Below, in pieces: positions 11,722 through 26,053 of a DNA stretch of 64,000 nucleotides; within the stretch, counting starts at the first letter, position 1; each line of letters opens with the position of its first letter. The translations under genes were made by a program, and so were the position numbers. The DNA lies in assembly GCA_965235115.1 (NCBI GenBank), contig OZ249436.1, forward strand, positions 22,134,001-22,198,000, read 5' to 3'. The notes under the pieces were generated by a model that was not told the origin of the DNA, ran no database searches, and worked only from the letters and a program-made list of their open reading frames with translations. Source of the stretch: Laetmonice hystrix (Eukaryota).

Positions 11722-14700
11722 GTAAACTTTACAAAAGACGCCGATATTATATTACATCCTGTCCCTTACTCGAGACGCCGCGCAGAAGCAGAAACATGAC
11801 GACGTTGTAGACTTTCATGACAATTTCAAGGGTCGACCTAAACATTATGGCCCAGTCATGCGACCAGTTCAATGGAGCCATGCAGTAGACATCTCTGGCC
11901 GGGATCCGACACACCTGGATGGCAGGTGTGGGCGTCCACCGCAGACATATATAAACAATTACAGGTGCGATCCCCGACCTGAGCATCAAAGGGCCGTCTA
12001 GAGGTGGTGGATTATATGTGAAGTATGTGTAAGGAATGCCCTATGTCTTCATGCAGAGACTTCAGCCCGACGACCCTCTACTCTCCCCGGCTCAAGTCTG
12101 TCCCTGGCCACCGCCCGTACACCTACACACCGTGCAGCCGGCCGTCGCCGACCTACTCCCAGACCCGCCGTCTCTCTATATATGACAAGGGTTATAAATT
12201 TTTGGTTAGATCCTGACAGACCGCCTTGACAGCGGGCAAGGTTATGGCAGCGTGGTTGGCGTCAAGGCAGGGGCGCGGAGGGCGGCTACTGACGCTCCTT
12301 TTCTGGTTGCCGACCGCGGCCGGAGCCTGTATGCGGCCGCGCGTTGTCTTGACGGTTTCTTGTCTAGACGGAAGGCGACGGTCTTATCGGAACCGGCATC
12401 ACGACCGGCCACTCGGGCGTCTTTACACCGCCGGCTTCTTGTGTCGTTTCCTTACGTCGAGCTGTCCTGTCACCCCACCGGACGCCTAGCCTGGTGTGAG
12501 GCTATACAAGCCCGGGTACGGCACATAGAAATGTTGCGTTTTTCTCAGGGTGCTGTTGACAGCGCCCCACGCGGGACGCTGACGTCAAGTTACGGAATCA
12601 TTGAATGTGATAATGATCTGTGAGCTATATGCGGCGGGCGGCCGACCCCACCCCGCCCATCACGGCACGCTATTAGGTCGATCAGATGATGTTCGATACG
12701 CAATATGTCTTCAATCTGCGCAATATGGTAGGATGGGAAAGCTCGCTAAACAAACGTTGGCAGCGGGAGGTTTGTCTAGGTGTGACCATTATGGTGTGAC
12801 TGGCCGTCATTGCGGACGGAAGGGTTGTGGTCACATTATCCCCACGGCTATCAACCTGTATAATGTCCCCACCTACATCAACTGTAATACACTTCAATCA
12901 GTGACGCCTGATTTTTTCTCCTCGGTTAATATTACAGTAATCTAAATGTAATGTCATTGTAGTTACATAACCCCAGTCCTAAAGGTTTGTATATCGATAC
13001 TATCCCCGTGGTGGCTTAGTGATCTGTGAGATAGAGAGCTGCATAATTGTTAAAACTGCGTTCTCTTTTTCTTTGCACAGAGCATAAAAGGTCAGAAAAA
13101 GAATACGTGCATACGTTAACACGTATGGAGAGACATGTAGTACTGTAGTTGTAAATTTAAAAATATTCCTCTAATCCCTTCTAAGCTTCATTAGACCAGC
13201 AACTAACTGTCTCTCAAGGTTTCATGACCTGAGGCCTTGTGATGCCTTAACCCATTTCAAGATGCACACAACGTATTTCTTCCCACCAGACCTTGACCTG
13301 TATAATACTTTCCTATATTTAGGGCCAGTATTGCTCCCTTGATGTCACCTTTGTAGCCGAGTGTGTTTACACTGCACCATTCTCGTCTATAGAATTTACT
13401 CCGTTCCCGAACCGAGGTATGTATGTGGTCGGTCTCTCAAGTACCTGTTAGATCCTCGATCGTTGCGTTCAAATTGTAAACTCCTGTAGCCCCCTCCCCT
13501 TCCTAGCCCCCCCCCCCCACACACACACACACGGTCTACTTTTCGCTTTCTCCTGCGTGGGTGGGAAGACCCTGTATGTGTTATATGCCGGGAAGTAAGA
13601 AATGTGTGTTGGAGGGGGCACAATGCACGTAAGTCTTCAGTGTAACACCTCAAAAGAATGTCACGAGCAGGAGAAATACCTGTATACACTGCAGTTGAAT
13701 GTGGATATGTTATGTGTGTGTGTTTTATGTGGTTCCATGATGTATGTTTCATGTGTTGAATTGTCTCCATCCGTATACGTTATCAGTTAAATGGTCAAAC
13801 GGATACCGCCTTATGTTGGCCGTGCGGTGCATGCATGACTGGATCTTTTTTAAGCCTATGTTTAGATTGATGAGCAGTGCTCCAGCTGTATACAAAATAA
13901 ATGTATACTCTCAATACACATAATATCTCTCGCGTCTTTTGTTTTTTCATAGCTTGAACTGGCAGAGACTTGACTTGATTTATGTGCAAAAAAAAGTGAT
14001 AAATCCATAGAAGTGCGGGTGCATGGGAGGGTCGGACTTCCGAACGGTTGGATCTAACATCGACGATAACAACCAGTTGACGTGAACGCCACCATATTAT
14101 AAACTGCGCCTCTCGACCGGCCCTCGATCGTAGGTCACGGCCAGTTGTGTTGTTGATATAAACGAAAGTGTTCCTCACTCCTTTGTTAGGTTTTAGATGC
14201 CAGCTTTCCAGTCATCCCTGTCACGTTACTCCCATATGAATTGTTAATTACCTCTAATTAATCGCGCCGTGGGTTCGTGCATCAAAATTAAAAGTAAACA
14301 AACAATTAGAGGCGTGTCACGCTCGTTAGCCAAAACAATCGTCGCCAACCGGTCCGATTAACTGCGGCGAATTTCCGTGACGACACGAACTGTTCTCGTT
14401 CCGTCATGTTAAGCCGACACGAAAATCTCGACGCAATTCTCGCGTACGGCGAGACGAGCGTTTTACGACATTGGACCGGAAGCGGGCGTCTGCTTCCACG
14501 TTCTCCGTTACAGGACGGATCCGGAGTGTGAATATGAAAACATCAAGTTGAGCGTGTAAATACTAAGACGTGTTTGGGATGCAGCATGGTGTTTAAACTG
14601 CTTCTGTTTGACATATGAAACGCGATACATGGCTATGTGGCGGCCAGCCTCGGTACCATATACCTCCGGCGTCGAACGATGACATGTCTGATCCTTTGTC

Positions 14701-17667
14701 GCCATGCCGAGCAGTAAACACAGTCGGCCAGATGAGACGCCCGTCATAATACAGTAAACGTGGCTATTGTTCTCAGTGACGCCACGGGCTTTGAGGCCGG
14801 TTCTTGCAGTTTCCGATCCTACCACGTTGGCCGTGTTCTTGGCCGGATTTCGGAAGCACGGCGACTCGCCGAGTGTTGAGTTGGAGATTACTACGCGAGG
14901 CACTTGTTGTGACTGCTTTCCGTTTACGCCGCGTATCAGGCTTTGTTGCCACCCTGCTGGTATTGTGTTAGGAACGTTCGGCAAACAAAATAATCTGACG
15001 GGCTTGTGTACTGTCTCCACCCGCTCTGCCAATGGTCAGACGGGTATTAGTCTATCGCCACCATTGTCGACGTCTTCTCGCCTTTTTAAATTTCCGTTAT
15101 TCCGATCACAGCGGTTTGGATATGGCAGCAAATCCCTGCGATCGTCGAGATATCTGTACGCAGTGACATGGAGGGGTTGGCCAGAGCTTTACACGTCGAT
15201 CTCTGGGACTATAGACGGCAGATGTCGTGTACCCCCCGACTCAGCGGGCTATCTATGACCCACATGGTACGGGGTGGGTGGGGGTGGGGGCTGAGGGGGT
15301 TGGGGGGTCGTCTCATCGCCATATGCTGCACTGATTCGGACTGAATACAGATACGAATAGCGAGAAAAGTGTAGAACATCTTCATACATAAACCAATATA
15401 TCCCTTTAAATAAGTTATATTACTTGTCCATTTTTAAAAGGTATAAATAGCATTATTACCATCACATTATGACTATGACTCACCATTATGATAACGGTGA
15501 TGAAACAATCATGATGATATTAGTAATAGTAACGATGACAATACCTGAGAAATATACATCAGACTAATATCTCCACATTTATTAATAATAATCTTCTATT
15601 GCCCCTGGCATTTTTTAAACCAAACTAGAACTCCTAAAGGTTTCCAATACAGGTTAATTCACTCACAATCAAGCTCTACAAAGTACCACCTGATTTCTAA
15701 TAATATAGTCCTAATTGATATTCTTTTCTCTTTATTTTGTTGCCTTTAGACGTCCAATTAATATAGATTCGGATTGTTAACCCAAATATGGGGTCATAAT
15801 TCTGTATAAATAAAAGTAGGCTAATAATTAATGATAATGATTTACACGTATATTATACTCAATCATCGGTAAAATGAATGACAACCAGTGACAGCGTGGT
15901 ATCCGCTTCTTGTCATTTTGGCTGACGTTACGTCACGCATCACCTTTTACACATGTAGATCTCGTCAACACGCCCGTCATCTGTCAATGCTGCATGGTAT
16001 TAAGGAATCCCAGTCCGACTGCTTACCAGGTAATATATCTTTTGCTTTACATACTGACACCTGCCAATAGCTGTCCTTTCTTCCCACTTAGTATACTAAG
16101 TGTCAGTTTATACAAGACGAGTCGTGTTCCTGAACGATGGCTAGCAGCCTCGACATTTAACGTTTTTGATCATGCGACTTTCTCGAACAGATTGAGGTGT
16201 TCGTCTCAAAGCGACTAACAAGTGTTCCTTGATTTGCATTACAATAGTTTTCGTCTACCATGAAGGCTGCCCGGCCCGCGAGGCTATCGGAAGGATTTGG
16301 CAGGACCATATGGCCTGGATTTTACACCACACAAAGACAACTATTGTCTTCAGTGCGGGACTTGTGATTAGGTGCGGGGCTCGTCGCCTCCCTCGGCTGC
16401 CACCACCGCCGGCTATTCGGGCACTTCGTGTTGCAAAAACCCTGCCCCGTGTTTGTTTTCTGTCAGCAGTTGGCCTCGCGTCCATTCAACCTGATTGTTT
16501 TTACAGTCTAAAATGTTGATTCCGTGAGACACGACGTACAATTTCAGACTCCCATCCAACCCGCTTTGCTATTGTTGGGATGTGCGAGTGTATATATTTA
16601 TATCTAAAGCGATTTCGATTTTTGGAAAGTTATGGTGATATTATATCAGTGCCTGTCAGTGTATAAGACAAACATTTTCTATTCCAATAGACCAATATAA
16701 TACAGATGGTAACAATTTTGTAATGATTTAGATCTACTCAAGATGTAATTCAATCCAATAAAATATAGCATTCGGATGAAATGAGTTGAAACACATGTGA
16801 AACGCTTCGAAAATAAACCTAATAGCTGTAACTCTCCTGCTCTCTCTCTCTTTATTAAATCATCTCTCTTTATTAAATCAGTTTCTTTCCATTTATCACA
16901 GTTCAATCATTTTGTTGACCCTTTTCTAAAAGTAAAACCCTAGAATTTGTAAGGGCAAAAAGGAAACCCCAGACAACATAGCTACATGTGTCAGCCACAC
17001 ACCTTCCTTGACTTTACCAATACATGTTTCTTAAGGTTGTTGTTGACTTTTTGGGGGCTCCATGGACATGTAAGAAATGTTACCTTTGACACACATTTAT
17101 CTGTATAGATGTTCTCGCTCGACTTCTGGAGGCAGTGAGCATCTCAGAGCGTCCATTCACAGTCGGCACATAAATAAAATCGTGCTGCTATAACATCGTA
17201 AACAGACACGGACAATTTGATGTCGCTCGGAGGGATGTGGTTGGAGTTTCTACCGCTAGCATCACGCATACCATCCAGAGGTGGGGGCGTTTTTTTGTTA
17301 TTACTTTTATTACATAGCTTGATTTATCACGGATTGCCCGGTGCATGGCCCGCCTCATGTTATGGAGCGACACCCAGGAGAATGCTGGCGCCATTTGGAT
17401 CCCTGCCACAGACCACAATGGAAAACAGACACAAAAGAAGCACCGTACAACAATAGCACTAGCCCACACGAGACAAAACCCGCGCCTAAACAGATTACGC
17501 GAACGGCAGTGCTGTTTTTGCCTGCCCCAGCGTGTAAATAACCACAGCAAAGAAGGCCAAGGTAGGCTTGAACCTGCTCATACCAGTCATGTTTTAACTT
17601 CATGTAGAAAAGACGACTCACATCCCGAGTTTGTCTTTGACTTCCCCGCGCGGTGTTAGCAATGATC

Positions 17668-18854
17668 CTATGTAATCCCGTGTACCGAAGATGAAGGCAT
17701 GCACACCTTCTTGGCTGTAAACCCTTCATTGTTTGCCTTGTCAAAAAGGAACTCGACTGCTTGGAAGACATCTTCTTTCGTTACGTCGCTTACTCTCTTC
17801 GAGAGGCAAATGGGAACTCCATACAAACACTGCACAATCTGTTGGTCCTTGTCTATTAGATCATGCTGCTTAAAGGAAACCATTGTACTTTCTTTTGCAT
17901 CTTGAATTGTTATGAATTGTGGATTTCTGTAGTGGATTTTCTTTTCAGTTAAATGTTTTTGGGGTTTTTTTTTCAGGAGGGCCTAGGAAAAATTGACTTG
18001 TAAACACCATGCATACGTTCACGCTGCTTTGTATGAAAAGGTAAATGTAGAACTTGTGTCGATATTTTGGTAAAAGACGGGTGAATATCCCCCACCCCAC
18101 CCCCTACACCCCAAAATTGGTACAAAGACTATTTAGAGCCAGGCTAGTGTTAAAACATTTATCGTGCCATCTTTACTTAAGTTCGCCACTTTCACGGCAA
18201 TTTGGACAACAATTGACGTAAAGGTAAGGTCTGCTAATTGTATGCATTATTCGAGGTAGTCGGGTGTTCCTATTATAGGGTTAATTAGCCCTGATTTCAG
18301 TGTTGTTCCCCTAAACACTTACACGTGAAATCTACGTCACTGTCACTTTGGAGAACAATGACGACTGAGTTGTTATGTAAGGTTGAACTTAACCTGTTCT
18401 AACTCACAGCCTAATTATGTCAAGGATTTGTACTCCGAACTCACCATGCGTGCACGTAATGATTTTTTATAATTTGGCAAGTTAGAGGGTTCAGGGGTGT
18501 CGAGGTATTCTGGGGTTCAGAAATCAGGGTCACCCAGTTCAGGGGCCATCACACGCAATAAGAAGATGAAGAGTATACCTGGATACCCTGACTATTTTAA
18601 GTCATTTCCTTACGTCCATGCACACCCTTATAACGTGATGAAGAAACTACCGTAAATGGGCTCTTGAAAGTAGAGCTAGCTTCAGACGTCTCGCGATGAC
18701 GGGACGCACGTGACGAGACTAGCCCCAGACTGGTGTACATCGCCCTTGAAACGACCTTCACACGCCTAGCATAGGGATCATATTGGTCGTTTAGCAGTTG
18801 ATGGAACTGCAATGGGTCTTGTGTTGTCAGTGAGGACTTGCTCGTGGATGCCAT
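17668..18854 (-). CDS. Candidate three-exon gene of unknown function, ~206 aa (exons 18854-18614, 18509-18445, 17982-17668); possibly a TE-derived gene or pseudogene
   Basis: gacATGG start; donors |gtaagg and |gtgagt; acceptors ccccag| and aatttttcctag|. Phases 1 and 0 join into one continuous ORF (MASTSKSSLTTQDPLQFHQLLNDQYDPY...QYLDTPEPSNLPNYKKSLRARM-ALLKKKPQKH...EFLFDKANNEGFTAKKVCMPSSSVHGIT*). No homology recognised. Confidence 0.33.
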
Positions 18855-21800
18855 GTCGTAGTATCATTGACGTAAACTGGATCGGAAAGGTGTAACGTGT
18901 GCGTCATGCCGTCAAGCGGTGGCACCAACCACCGAGGACGACGTGTGTTGTGGTTTGACGTGTCTCGTTGCCGCCAGCTATGCCAGAACCGTGACGTTTT
19001 TGCATGACTTTCTATGGAGCCATTCGAGTTGATAATGGACAGTGACGTACATTAAGGATCACGAGACTCTACTCCTGTTTCATGATTAAAGCTATAACGG
19101 GTATCAGGGATATCATGTCTTATCTCAGAAGTGCGGGTTTTTTTCTCATTCTAATGTGCCCCCAGAACTGGTGTGTATAAAGTATATAACGCCAGTGGTG
19201 TAGGCCCATCCTCAATATAATAATTATAAAAATCCTATTTCTCGCATAGCAAAGGCATTGCTATATGTAGGCGCGGTGGAAAGACCAGGCCTTTCACCTT
19301 TGAATAATATAGCCTAACGTATTTAGTATACGGTTTTGTTTTTTTAAACCATGCAGGCGCGATCATTTTGTTGAAAAAAAAATGTATGGCAAACAGGGAT
19401 CTAGTATATAAGGTTGGAGAATGTGTGTTTTATGCCGTATCTCAGCAGAGTGCGGCTGATATATCTATATTCTGAGATGATTTTATACATGTATAATGCA
19501 CAGAGCCTTTTTGGGTATCACGAACACCTGCAAATAGCGTAACTGGCATCTCACGGAGATTATCTCGAACTCAGTCGTATTATGCCATGATACAAGTATA
19601 ATTCCCTCTGAACATTGCACCCTGTCAACACCATCTTATAGCCACCTAGATCTCTATCGCCTTCTTCAGCTTTGATCATCCGAGACAATACCTTAGAGAC
19701 GGACTGCGCTAATTGCCGATGGTTTCAGTCGCAAATGGCCTTCACATCCAGACCCATCTTGTCAGGCGATCTCTGTGTCTGTAAAGGTGGGAAATGTTTT
19801 AGTCCAAGGAGCGCGGTTAAATTGGCTCTCATTGTCTGTCTCTGGTGGACATGATTGGCCTTTTGGGGCAGAAGGCGCTTTTCTGGACGGGTTATTGTTT
19901 CCATTGGCAATTAACAGCCGGGCACCGGGCCCCTCTTAAACAGGCCCTGATTGTTGGATAACGAGGAAGAGGATGTTTTAAGTAAGAATGCTTCAAACGC
20001 CTGCATAACAAATGGCCCACGAGGCGGCCGTCTTTTGTCCCAAACCTCATAAGGCCACCTCCTTTCTCGTGAGACCGAGGCAACCCTTTGTAAGACCGTT
20101 ATAAAAACTGGTCTCAAAAAGGATACATGAAGAAAGTCTTCACATTGCGATGAAGTTGTTACGCAAGGAAACGATTTGAAACAAATTAAAGGAATGGCGC
20201 GAATCCACTGTTAAATATTGGTGTCCGGAGTTCTTTGGTAATATGGACAGGTTTCCTCGTACATATTCCCACGATCCCTCAGTGTATAGCACATATTGTA
20301 TCCAATACAGTTGTATGTATGCTGATCTAAATGTATTTAAAATGCATGTACTGTGGCTTATTACGTAGACCGCTTACATATATACTTGCGCTATTTTTCT
20401 TTATTTCTTTTTTTGAAAGAGGAACGAATCATGTTTCATGACATCTGTGTCACAAGGACTGTTTAACTTTGAAAAAGAGATGCCTATAGGTTGATGGAAT
20501 ATAGTTTAGCCTACTAGCATCATTCAAAGTGTTAGGTTTTTGGTAGAAAGAAGCATGAACTTTGTCCTTTCATATTATCAGCTGCAGTTGGTGATGTCAT
20601 AGAAGGATTCAGCGCATAGATTATCCTGAGCCAGTTGTTTTAATTGTTGTGGAATCTTAGCGCGTGTCACCACTTGGCCATGCCCAGGCCTTACCACCAT
20701 AATCCCTGTTCTTTGTTGGCCCACCCGGCCAACACAAACTGAAGCCTGGGCCCTCGAGCGGCGGCGTGAAATCGGACCGGCCCGTTTCGAGGGCTTCTGG
20801 TCGACTGGCCAGTCTAAACCCTGCAATCTGACTCCGGTTCGAGGCTATACCGGGAAACGCTATATTGAACCAGTCAAATCCTTTTGGACCGGGAAATCCC
20901 AGAATTCCATTCGTTTTAACCCTGCGCCTTTCACTCAGGCGTCCTCCATAGCCAGGTCACGTGACCATCTAAGTGGATGAGCCATCCCGGGGCCCACGCT
21001 CCTTAACCCCCCTTGCACCCCCCTTGGCCCCCTCGCCCCCTCCCCTCCTCTACCCGGGGGCTCGGGCAACCCGAGCCGACCGCCTCGGGTCTTATCGGAG
21101 CCTTCATCGGAGGATGGGGACAGAGGCGGGGGGGGGGGGAGATGGGATGTCACTGCCCCTATTATCGCCCTACTGCTTACATAGGTGTGCTCTAAAACAC
21201 GGGACTGCATTCATATCCACTATGCCACACTGTGAGGGTGAATCTTCTTCTTTATAACAAATAAGCCAAAAATATTACAGATAATATAGGGGTTTTAGGT
21301 TTTTTTGGCCTGGCTACCAGTTAAAGATGGTGATGGTTTTGCTTGGTTTTAAATTTTCCCCTCAAGTCCCATTCCTGTAAGCTTTCGATTCAAATTATCA
21401 AATTAACATCAAATCTAGACGGTTGTATGTCTTAATATGTGCACGAGGCGAAGCCGAGTGCATATCAGGCATTAAAACGTGGAGACATCGCTTCGAGAAG
21501 CTCTATGCATTAGCACATGGCTGATCCTTCTAAAATACAATCTAATTAATCGAATCGACACAAAATGGCCTCGCTAACAGTGCATTATGCTCTGATACTT
21601 GCATTCAGATGGTATATAGTGCATCGTTAGCTCCGCGGTGTGGTATGGAATATGAGGATTTATCATACGCTAATGGAGAAGTAAAAATGGACCAACGTTT
21701 TTAATTTAACTGTATGGGATTCCCGTCCCATCATTGCTGTCCACCACAACTCCCATCCCACCCCTCTCTCCGCCCCTCCCCTCCTCTAACCCCCACCCCT

Positions 21801-22111
21801 CACCCCACAGCCAGTAGCGGGATGAACCGTGAATTGATAGACTACCCTGACCCAGGGTGACGGTTCAACCATTTATAACCTCGAACCCTCAAACCGTGAA
21901 CGGCCCTATCTATGAGAGCGACTATCGATATTATTATTATTAACCCACTTTATCGGTGAGAGGGTCGACCGACCACAGACCGTCAGTCTGTGGGGTTCAA
22001 ATTAAACATTACGATCCTCGTCCTCGTGATGACAGGCTAGAGTGGAACCCAAGTCTCTTAATGAATGCGCGTTCATGCATTCTCTCCGGCATCGTTCATT
22101 TGACCTGTCAA

Positions 22112-22711
22112 AACGACGATGAATGTTTCGTCCAAGGACCACTTCTCCCTGAATGTGGGTGTTTTATTCGGGACGACGATGAATGTTTTGTCCAAGGACC
22201 ACTTCTCCCTGAATGTGGGTGTTTTATTCGGAACGACGATGAATGTTTCGTCCAAGGACCACTTCTCCCTGAATGTGGGTGTTTTATTCGGGACGACGAT
22301 GAATGTTTTGTCCAAGGACCACTTCTCCCTGAATGTGGGTATTTTATTCGGGACGACGATGAATGTTTTGTCCAAGGACCACTTCTCCCTGAATGTGGGT
22401 ATTTTATTCGGGACGACGATGAATGTTTTGTCCAAGGACCACTTCTCCCTGAATGTGGGTATTTTATTCGGAACGACGATGAATGTTTTGTCCAAGGACC
22501 ACTTCTCCCTGAATGTGGGTGTTTTATTCGGAACGACGATGAATGTTTTGTCCAAGGACCACCTCTCCCTGAATGTGGGTGTTTTATTCGGAACGACGAT
22601 GAATGTTTTGTCCAAGGACCACTTCTCCCTGAATGTGGGTGTTTTATTCGGGACGACGATGAATGTTTTGTCCATGGACCACTTCTCCCTGAATGTGGGT
22701 GTTTTATTCGG
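22112..22711. repeat. 60-bp minisatellite, 10 copies
   Basis: Unit acgacgatgaatgttttgtccaaggaccacttctccctgaatgtgggtgttttattcgg(g/a); copies differ by substitutions only. Confidence 0.97.
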
Positions 22712-23787
22712 TCACGATTAAGTCCAAAGAAACAAGAGTCGCCAACGTCATAATCATTGCAAACCTTTATGGATGCTTTCATAGTATTCTGGAATATGTA
22801 TGGTATGTTTGGAATATACATTGTGGTAACCGAACAATAATGTTATTGTCATCCAGACAATTAAATACTGGACAATGGGATATCAGGCACTCGGAGGTTC
22901 CAGTGAAGTGGACAGTGAAAAATAGTGATGAAACAAGCGTTTCCGGCACGGAAGGTTTCATCAATAGAAAAATGTATTCTCGTAACAATGAGACAGAAAG
23001 TGTTGCATACACAACCGTTACGTTATGTTTTAATAATTTAGAACTTAGATCCTGTCTATTCCTGCATAATGTGAACATAATGTCAGAGACCGCAAGGCAT
23101 TCGAACTTTCAAAGTGTCCACTTTTAGTTGAGAGATAATTTACCGACTCAAATCTCGTAACCATCTAATTATTTTGTCGATATGTACCCGGGAGAGAACA
23201 CGACGTAATTAGTCTAGGGGGTGAAAGCCTTACCTATATTCTCTCCGTGGGAACCGTTACCGTAGGAGTGACATAGGCTCAGGCGTAGTTACATAAATCA
23301 GAGTTAGGCACACCTAAAACGGATGATGCCCCTAGTAAACCTCCAACACCACCGCCACCCTTTCCACCTGTCACAGCGGATACTGTTGGGTAATGCGTTA
23401 TGTAAGCTCTCTAAGCCAGCCAGTCACCTAACACTGACATCTCTACTGCCAAATGTAGGCTAAATGTGCCTGTAATCCTCATTTAAATGTACCAGACCAC
23501 CATACATTTGTTAGAACCGTACGGTATCTTATCTTCAAGATGGTTAAGGGAAGTCATTCAGTACTCCTTACAATATATGAAATCACGTCGTAACAAAGTC
23601 CCTGATAGATTTCTGGTAATAAATAATTGTGATTCCATATCAACTTATTGTGATTCCATAATCTGTTTGCAGTCCGCGTCATAACGTTTTTCAAATCTCA
23701 ACAAATCGAAACAAATCTCAAGTTTTTGTTGCTCTTCGTTTCTTCATTCATGACATTTTATCATAGCATTTTAACATGCATATGAAT

Positions 23788-26053
23788 CATACCTCAGTAT
23801 GCAATAGTATCTAATGACAACATGTGGGCACACCCCAATATGTAGCTCGTATCTAGTGATACTAAGTGGATACACCTCAGTATGTAGCTGGCATCTAAGG
23901 CACACCTCAGTATGTAGCTGGTATCTAATGATATTAAGTGGTCACACCTCAGTATGTAGCTGGTATCTAATTATATTAAGGATGTACACCTCAGTATGTA
24001 GCTGGTATCTAATGATATTAAGGGAGTACACCTCAGGATGTAGCTGGTATCTAATGATATTAAGGGCGTACACCTCAGGATGTAGCTGGTATCTAATGGT
24101 ATTGAGGGAGTACACCTCAGTATGTATCTGGTAACTAATGATATTAAGTGGTCACACCTCAGTATGTAGCTGCTATCTAATGATATTAAGGGAGCACACC
24201 TCAGTGTAGCTGGTATTTAATGATATTAAGTGATCACACCTCAGTATGTAGCTGGTATCTAATGATATTAAGGGAGCACACCTCAGTATGTAGCTGGTAT
24301 CTAATGATACTAAGTGGACACACCTCAGTATGTAGCTGGTATCTAATGATATTAAGTGGTCACACCTCAGTATGTAGCTGCTATCTAATGATATGAAGGG
24401 AGCACACCTCAGTATGTAGCTGGTATCTAATGATACTAAGTGGGCACACCTCAGTATGTACCTGGTATCTAATGATATTAAGGGAGCGCACCTCAGTATG
24501 TAGCTGGTAACTAATGATATTAAGGGAGCACACCTCAGTATGTAGCTAGTATCCAATGGGAGCACACCTCAGTATGTAGCTGGTATCTAATGATATTAAG
24601 GGAGCGCACCTCAGTATGTAGCTGGTATCTAATCATACTAAGTGGGCACACCTCAGTATGTACCTGGTATCTAATGATAGTAAGGGAGCACACCTCAGTA
24701 TGTACCTGGTATCTAATGATACTAAGTAGGTACACCTCAGTATGTACCTGGTATCTAATGATATTAAGAGAGCACACCTCAGTATGTAGCTGGTATCTAA
24801 TGATACTAATGTAGCTGGTATCTAATTATATTAAGTGGTCACATCTCAGTGTCGCTGGTATCTAATGATATTAAGTGGTGACACCTCACTGTAGCTGGTA
24901 TCTGATGGTATTAAGGGAGCACACCTCAGTGTCGCTGGTATCTAATGATATTAAGTGGTGACACTTCACTGTAGCTGGTATCTAATGATATTAAGGGAGC
25001 ACACCTCAGTATGTAGCTGGTATCTAATGATAATAAGTGGGCACACCTCAGTATGTAGCTGGTATCTAATGATATTAAGGGAGCACACCTCAGTATGTAG
25101 CTGGTATCTAATGATACTAAGTGGGCACACCTCAGTATGTAGCTGGTATCTAATGATATTAAGGGAGCACACCTCAGTATGTACCTGGTATCTAGTGATA
25201 CTAAGGAAGCACACCTCAGTATGTAGCTGGTCTCTAATGATATTGAGGGAGCACACCTCAGTATGTAGCTGGTCTCTAATGATATTGAGGGAGCACACCT
25301 CAGTATGTAGCTGGTATCTAATGATATTAAGTGGTCACACCTCAGTATGTAGCTGCTATCTAATGATATTAAGGGAGCACACCTCAGTGTAGCTGGTATC
25401 TAATGATATTAAGTTGTCACACCTCACTGTAGCTGGTATCTAATGATACTAAGTGGGCACACCTCAGTATGTACCTGGTATCTAATGTTATTAAGGGAGC
25501 ACACCTCAGTATGTAGCTGGTATCTAATGATACTAAGTGGGCACACCTCAGTATGTAGCTGGTATTTAATGATATTAAGGGAGCACACCTCAGTATGTAG
25601 CTGGTATCTAATGATACTAAGTGGACACACCTCAGTATGTAGCTGGTATCTAATGATACTAAGTGGACACACCTTAGTATGTAGCTGGTATCTAATGATA
25701 TTAAGTGGTCATACCTCAGTATGTAGCTGGTATCTAATGATACTAAGTGGACACACCTCAGTATGTAGCTGGTATCTAATGATATTAAGTGGTCACACCT
25801 CAGTGTAGCTGGTATCTAATGATATTAAGTGGTGACACCTCACTGTAGCTGGTATCTAATGGTATTAAGGGAGCACACCTCAGTATGTAGCTGGTATCTA
25901 ATTATACTAAGTGGGCACACCCCAGTATGTAGCTGGTACCTCATGATATTAAGGGAGCACACCTCAGTGTAGCTAGTATCCAATGATATTAAGTGGTCAC
26001 ACCTTAATGTAGCTGGTATCTAATGGTATTAAGGGACCACACCTCAATATGTA
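23788..26053. repeat. ~42-bp minisatellite (40-42 bp variants), about 54 copies
   Basis: Unit cacacctcagtatgtagctggtatctaatgatattaagggag. Confidence 0.97.

Noticed and set aside
21956-22753. 265-aa ORF with 20-aa Cys/Asp-rich repeats (CFVQGPLLPECGCFIRDDDE) as a metal-binding or structural protein
   Set aside because: It is a 60-bp minisatellite open in four frames. Most unit differences are non-synonymous in this frame, and no splice or promoter context supports it.
22740-22860. LYGCFHSILEYVWYVWNIH resembling the LINE RT C-terminal LY..RPILEY..VW motif
   Set aside because: Short, with no other RT motifs in register; may be chance.
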